This document shows, one piece after another, positions 60,374 to 64,000 of a DNA stretch of 64,000 nt. The notes under the pieces are model-generated. The model searched no databases, was not told the DNA's origin, and saw only the letters and a list, made by a program, of their open reading frames with translations. Position 1 is the stretch's first letter; each line of letters starts with the position of its first letter. The stretch comes from an uncultured Planctomycetota bacterium (lineage in GTDB: Bacteria > Planctomycetota > Planctomycetia > Isosphaerales > Isosphaeraceae). The translations under genes were made by a program, and so were the position numbers. The stretch is from positions 13,304 to 77,303 of the forward strand of contig CAWFIC010000012.1 in NCBI GenBank assembly GCA_963815795.1, written 5' to 3'.

Positions 60374-60919
60374 TTACTTCCCTTCCAGGCCCAGCTCCTT
60401 GACCTTGGCGGCGACGTCCTCGCCGGCCGTGGCGACGTTGATCTTCTTGTCGATCGCCTTGATGATCCCGTCCTTGTCGATGTAGAACGTCCAGCGATTG
60501 GTGAGGGGGCGGTTCGGCATCATGACGCCGTAGGCCTCCGCCACCGTCTTATCGGGGTCGCTCAGGATCGGATAGTCCAGGTCGAGCTGGTCGGAGAACT
60601 TCTTGTTGTCCTCGGGCTTGTCGACGCTGGCGGTGAAGTAGGCGACGTTCAGGTCCTTCAGCGTCTTGCTGTTGGTGCGGAGCGACTTGCACTCGATGGT
60701 GCAGCCCTTGGTCATCGCCTTGGGGAACCAGGCGATGACCACGCCCGACTTCCCCTTGAACTGCTCGAGCGAGTAGGTCTTGCCGTCGGACCCTTGCAGG
60801 GTGAAATCCGGCGCCTTGTCGCCGACCTTCAGCTCGGCCGCGGCCGCGCCGGCGAGCAGCGCCACGCCGATGCCCAGGCTCAACGTCGTGGTCAGCACTC
60901 GCCTCGTGATTCGGATCAT
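60374..60919 (-). CDS. secreted thiol peroxidase/peroxiredoxin (Bcp/AhpC-TSA family)
   Basis: [28 protein letters not shown] signal. [21 protein letters not shown]...[20 protein letters not shown]. Start trimmed to the ATG at 60919. Confidence 0.85.
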   Translation of the reverse strand: MIRITRRVLTTTLSLGIGVALLAGAAAAELKVGDKAPDFTLQGSDGKTYSLEQFKGKSGVVIAWFPKAMTKGCTIECKSLRTNSKTLKDLNVAYFTASVDKPEDNKKFSDQLDLDYPILSDPDKTVAEAYGVMMPNRPLTNRWTFYIDKDGIIKAIDKKINVATAGEDVAAKVKELGLEGK

Positions 60920-61076
60920 CTCAGCCTCCAGGTGCTTCGGGCTCATCGGACGACGTCCCGGGGATTCGCGTCCCGGGATATGACACGGAGTTCGAAGCCT
61001 AACAAGCTCGGGGTGCCCACGCAACGAGCCGGCCGATTCGCCGGGCCTTCGTCCTTCCCTGGCGGCGGAGATTCGG

Positions 61077-61154
61077 GTAGAATATTTCTACATCGAGGTT
61101 GACTGCGAAGACTGGAATCGCCGACTCCTGAAGACCGGAATCACCGATCGACTC
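61077..61154. promoter_or_regulatory. operator-like sites in the divergent peroxiredoxin/S53 intergenic region
   Basis: Inverted repeat gtagaa-tat-ttctac (61077-61091). Tandem direct repeats gaagactggaatcgccgactc (61107-61127) and gaagaccggaatcaccgatcgactc (61130-61154). Confidence 0.25.
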
Positions 61155-61197
61155 CCGAGTCCATTCGCCAGGATCTGCACCACGAGCAAGGTGATCG

Positions 61198-62479
61198 ATG
61201 CGAACCCGTCGCCGCCTCCGGCCGGCGCTCGACAGGCTGGACGATCGCTGTCTGCTGTCGGGCCTGACTCCGGCCCAGTTGACCCACGCCTACGGCCTGG
61301 ATGCCATCACGTTCACGTCGCCTTCCGGCGCGGCGGTCAGGGGGGATGGTGCGGGCCAGACGATCGCGCTGATCGAGGCCTATCACGACCCGACGCTGGC
61401 GGCCGACTTGCAGGCGTTCGACCGGGCGTATGACCTGCCCGACCCGTCGCTGGGCGTGGTGAACCTGGGCGGGGCGAAGACGAACCCGGCGTGGTCGCTG
61501 GAAGAGTCGCTGGACGTGGAATGGTCGCATGCGATCGCCCCCGGCGCGAACATCATCGTCGTCGAGGCCAGCTCCCAGAGCCTCGCGGCCTTGCAGGCGG
61601 CGATCAGTACCGCCCGCAACATCCCCACGGTGGACGTGATCTCGATGAGCCTGGGATTCCCCGAGTTCGACCTATCACGGGTCCCTGCCCTTGACCACCC
61701 CGCCGGGCCACATCGGCATCACGTTCGTGGCCGCCAGCGGCGACAGCGGGCTGGCCGCCGGCTCGGACTGGCCGGCGGTCTCGCCGGATGTGCTGGCCGT
61801 CGGCGGGACGACGCTGTACGTCGACGGGTCGGGACAATACATCTCCGAGGTCGCCTGGAGCGGCAGCGGCGGCGGCCAGAGCCACTTCGTGGCGGAGCCC
61901 AGCTACCAGCGGTCGGTCTCGGCGAGCGGAAAGCGGCTGACGCCGGACGTCGCCTTCGACGGGGATCCCAACACGGGCGTCGAGGTCTACCAGACTTCGC
62001 CCTACACCGGGTTCGGGTCGTGGCAGATCGTCGGCGGGACCAGCCTCGGGACGCCCGGTTGGGCGGCCATCATCGCCATCGCCGATCAGGGCCGGTCCCT
62101 CGAGGGCAAGGGGAGCCTGGACGGCCCCAGCCAGACCCTGCCGACGCTCTACTCCCTCCCGGCGTCCGACTTCCATTCCGTCGCCCCGTATCGTCCGGGC
62201 CATGGGGCGGTCATGGGCCTCGGATCGCCCAACGGGCCGCGACTGATCGCCGACCTGGTGGCCAGCGACGTCGCCGTCCACCTGAGCACCTCCGGCGTCA
62301 ACCGCGCCGCCCTGCTGGCGACCCGCCTCCGCAAGGCCCGCGTGAAGGCCGCCCATCACAGGCGGCACGCCGCGAGCCGGGTCCTCACGCCGACATCGCC
62401 GGAGCATCGGCCCTCCCCGGCCGCCGCGCACGCCCCGGCTCGCCCGACCATCCGGGTCGCGCACCAATCGCATCGCTGA
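61198..62479 (+). CDS. S53 (sedolisin)-family serine peptidase with R-rich LDRLDDRCLLS N-terminus; frame break near 61671-61672
   Basis: ORF 61198..62601 is sensible to ...VISMSLGFPEF. ORF 61691..62479 frame continues YHGSLPLTTPPGHIGITFVAASGDSG ... IVGGTSLGTPGWAA (catalytic Ser context). Confidence 0.75.
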
Positions 62480-62715
62480 CGGCCCGGCCGCGGCCCGGAA
62501 GATGCTTTTCGCAGAGTTGCACGCAGGGACGCAAGGTCGCGCAAAGCGACGCATGGACGAGAAGGAATTCATCAGCTAGAGTCTGCACCTTGGTCGTCTG
62601 AGACTCATCCCGCGAGTCGGCAAGAGTCTCGTTGGTTTTCGGGTCTGCTCTGCGTAGTTCCGCGCGACTTGCGTCTCCGCGTGAAATCCGGGTTTCTTGA
62701 GCGAGGAGGTCAGTT

Positions 62716-64000
62716 ATGGCGGTGCCCGCGAACATGGTCCCCCTGCCCGGCAGCGCCACCAACCCCGTGCCGGGGTCGCAGGTGGTCGGGCCGGTCTACC
62801 CGGATGAGCGGATCGAGGTCACGGTCCGATTGCGGCCCCGCGCGCCGTTGCCCGCGGCCGTCGCGGCGCGAGCCATGTCTGCCGGGCCGCCCGAGACGCG
62901 CGACTACCTGACCCGCGATCAGTTGGCCGCCGACTACGGCGCAGATCCCCAGGACATCGCCAAGGTCGAGGCCTTCGCCGCCGCCAACAACCTGGGGGTC
63001 GCGCACGTCAGTGCGGCGCAGCGGAGCATTTGGCTCTGCGGCACGGTCGCCGACATGAGCGCGGCCTTCGGGGTGACGCTCCGGGAGTACAGCCTGCCCA
63101 AGGGCGGTACCTATCGCGGCCTGGACGGCGAGATCTTCATCCCGGCCGACCTCGCCGGCATCACCGTCGGCGTCTTCGGGCTGGATGACCGGCCGCAGGC
63201 GCGGCCCTGCTTCCGGATCCGCCGGGACCGGACCGGTCAGCCGGGGTTGCGGCCGGCCGTCGCCCAGCCGGCGCAGCAGTTCACGCCCGATCAGGTCGCC
63301 CAGCTCTACAACTTCCCCACCGGGGTGGACGGCACCGGACAGTGCATCGGCATCATCGAGCTGAGCGGCGGGTACAACACGGCCGACTTGCAGGCGTACT
63401 TCAGCGGGCTGGGCCTGACGGCCCCGAGCGTCTCGAGCGTGTCAGTCGACGGCGGCAAGAACACGCCCACCGGCGACCCCAACAGCGCCGACGGCGAGGT
63501 CATGCTCGACATCGAGGTTGCCGGGGTGATCGCTCCCGGGGCCAAGATCGTCGTCTATTTCTGCCCCAACACGTCGCAGGGGTTCCTCGACGCGGTCACG
63601 CAGGCGGTCCACGACACGGTGAACAAGCCCTCGGTGATCTCGATCAGTTGGGGCGGGCCCGAGTCGGGCTGGACCGCTCAGGCCATGGAGCAGTTCGACC
63701 AGGCGTTCCAGGACGCGGCGGCCGTGGGGATCACGGTCTGCGTCGCCGCCGGGGACGACGGGTCGGGCGACGGAGCCAGCGACAGCCTGGCGCACGTGGA
63801 TTTCCCCGCCTCCAGCCCGAATGCCCTGGCCTGCGGCGGCACCACGCTGGATGCCAGCGGCGGCGCGATCATTTCCGAAGTCGTCTGGAACAACGGCTCA
63901 TCCGGCGGCGCCACCGGCGGCGGGATCAGCGATCAATTCGCCCTGCCGAGTTACCAGCAAGGTGCCGGCGTCCCCCCGTCGGCCAACCCCGGCGGCAGGG
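62716..64000 (+). CDS. pro-kumamolisin/sedolisin (S53) peptidase; 3' end outside the window
   Basis: Own translation from the ATG at 62716 (RBS gaggagg 62703-62709). MAVPANMVPLPGSATNPV...(activation domain)...QCIGIIELSGGY...ADGEVMLDIEV...ISISWGGPE...VCVAAGDDGS.... Absent from the ORF track because there is no stop in the window. Confidence 0.85.
   Translation, partial: MAVPANMVPLPGSATNPVPGSQVVGPVYPDERIEVTVRLRPRAPLPAAVAARAMSAGPPETRDYLTRDQLAADYGADPQDIAKVEAFAAANNLGVAHVSAAQRSIWLCGTVADMSAAFGVTLREYSLPKGGTYRGLDGEIFIPADLAGITVGVFGLDDRPQARPCFRIRRDRTGQPGLRPAVAQPAQQFTPDQVAQLYNFPTGVDGTGQCIGIIELSGGYNTADLQAYFSGLGLTAPSVSSVSVDGGKNTPTGDPNSADGEVMLDIEVAGVIAPGAKIVVYFCPNTSQGFLDAVTQAVHDTVNKPSVISISWGGPESGWTAQAMEQFDQAFQDAAAVGITVCVAAGDDGSGDGASDSLAHVDFPASSPNALACGGTTLDASGGAIISEVVWNNGSSGGATGGGISDQFALPSYQQGAGVPPSANPGGR

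Noticed and set aside
62519-62677. A riboswitch-like structured leader upstream of the second S53 gene (long-range complement gacgcaaggtcgcg / cgcgacttgcgtc).
   Set aside because: There is a single 13/14-nt pairing with no recognisable riboswitch consensus, which is too little to support a call.

Overview
This is a high-GC segment, roughly two-thirds G+C by eye. Its gene content points to Planctomycetota: ECF-type sigma factors with very long C-terminal extensions, a TIGR03067-like domain, Ser/Thr kinases with TPR tails, exosortase/PEP-CTERM, and secreted proteins starting with an Arg-rich LExLExRxLL motif.

Layout:
- 1-3.5 kb: divergent sigma54-type response regulator and hybrid histidine kinase.
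- 3.5-9 kb: ECF sigma fragment, an ECF sigma/beta-propeller fusion, rlmI-like, clpS.
- 9-12.3 kb: epimerase, a lower-GC two-gene ABC-type ATPase + small TOPRIM-like module (candidate defence pair), ruvX.
- 12.4-21 kb: GNAT, phosphatase, then an exosortase-EpsI fusion, a giant TPR protein and a PEP-CTERM cargo.
- 21.7-25.3 kb: surE, an SDR, and an HExxH (SprT-like) gene whose 3' end is duplicated around a mazEF cassette.
- 26-28.5 kb: Ser/Thr kinase.
- 28.6-41.6 kb: four tandem paralogous giant secreted beta-propeller/Ig-repeat genes, one of them a remnant.
- 41.7-45.3 kb: repeat-dense, apparently non-coding stretch holding only a parE-type TA pair.
- 45.3-50.7 kb: sigma-like protein divergent from a Ser/Thr kinase-TPR gene.
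- 50.7-60.4 kb: lower-GC mobile/defence-type island. It holds a decayed ATPase-DUF4276 module split by a MITE-like palindrome, four orphan small genes, a type IIG restriction-modification fusion enzyme, an IS481-like element and several hairpin/REP-like repeats.
- 60.4-64 kb: peroxiredoxin and two S53 (sedolisin) peptidase genes.

Window-wide points:
- At least eleven single-nucleotide frame breaks occur in otherwise intact genes, several at homopolymers. Sequencing indels are a serious alternative to pseudogenisation.
- There are several families of long hairpins and short repeats, including one inserted in frame in a kinase.
- No rRNA, tRNA or CRISPR array was recognised.

All family calls rest on motif recognition by eye. 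Repeat coordinates come from hand alignment and may be off by a few nt.
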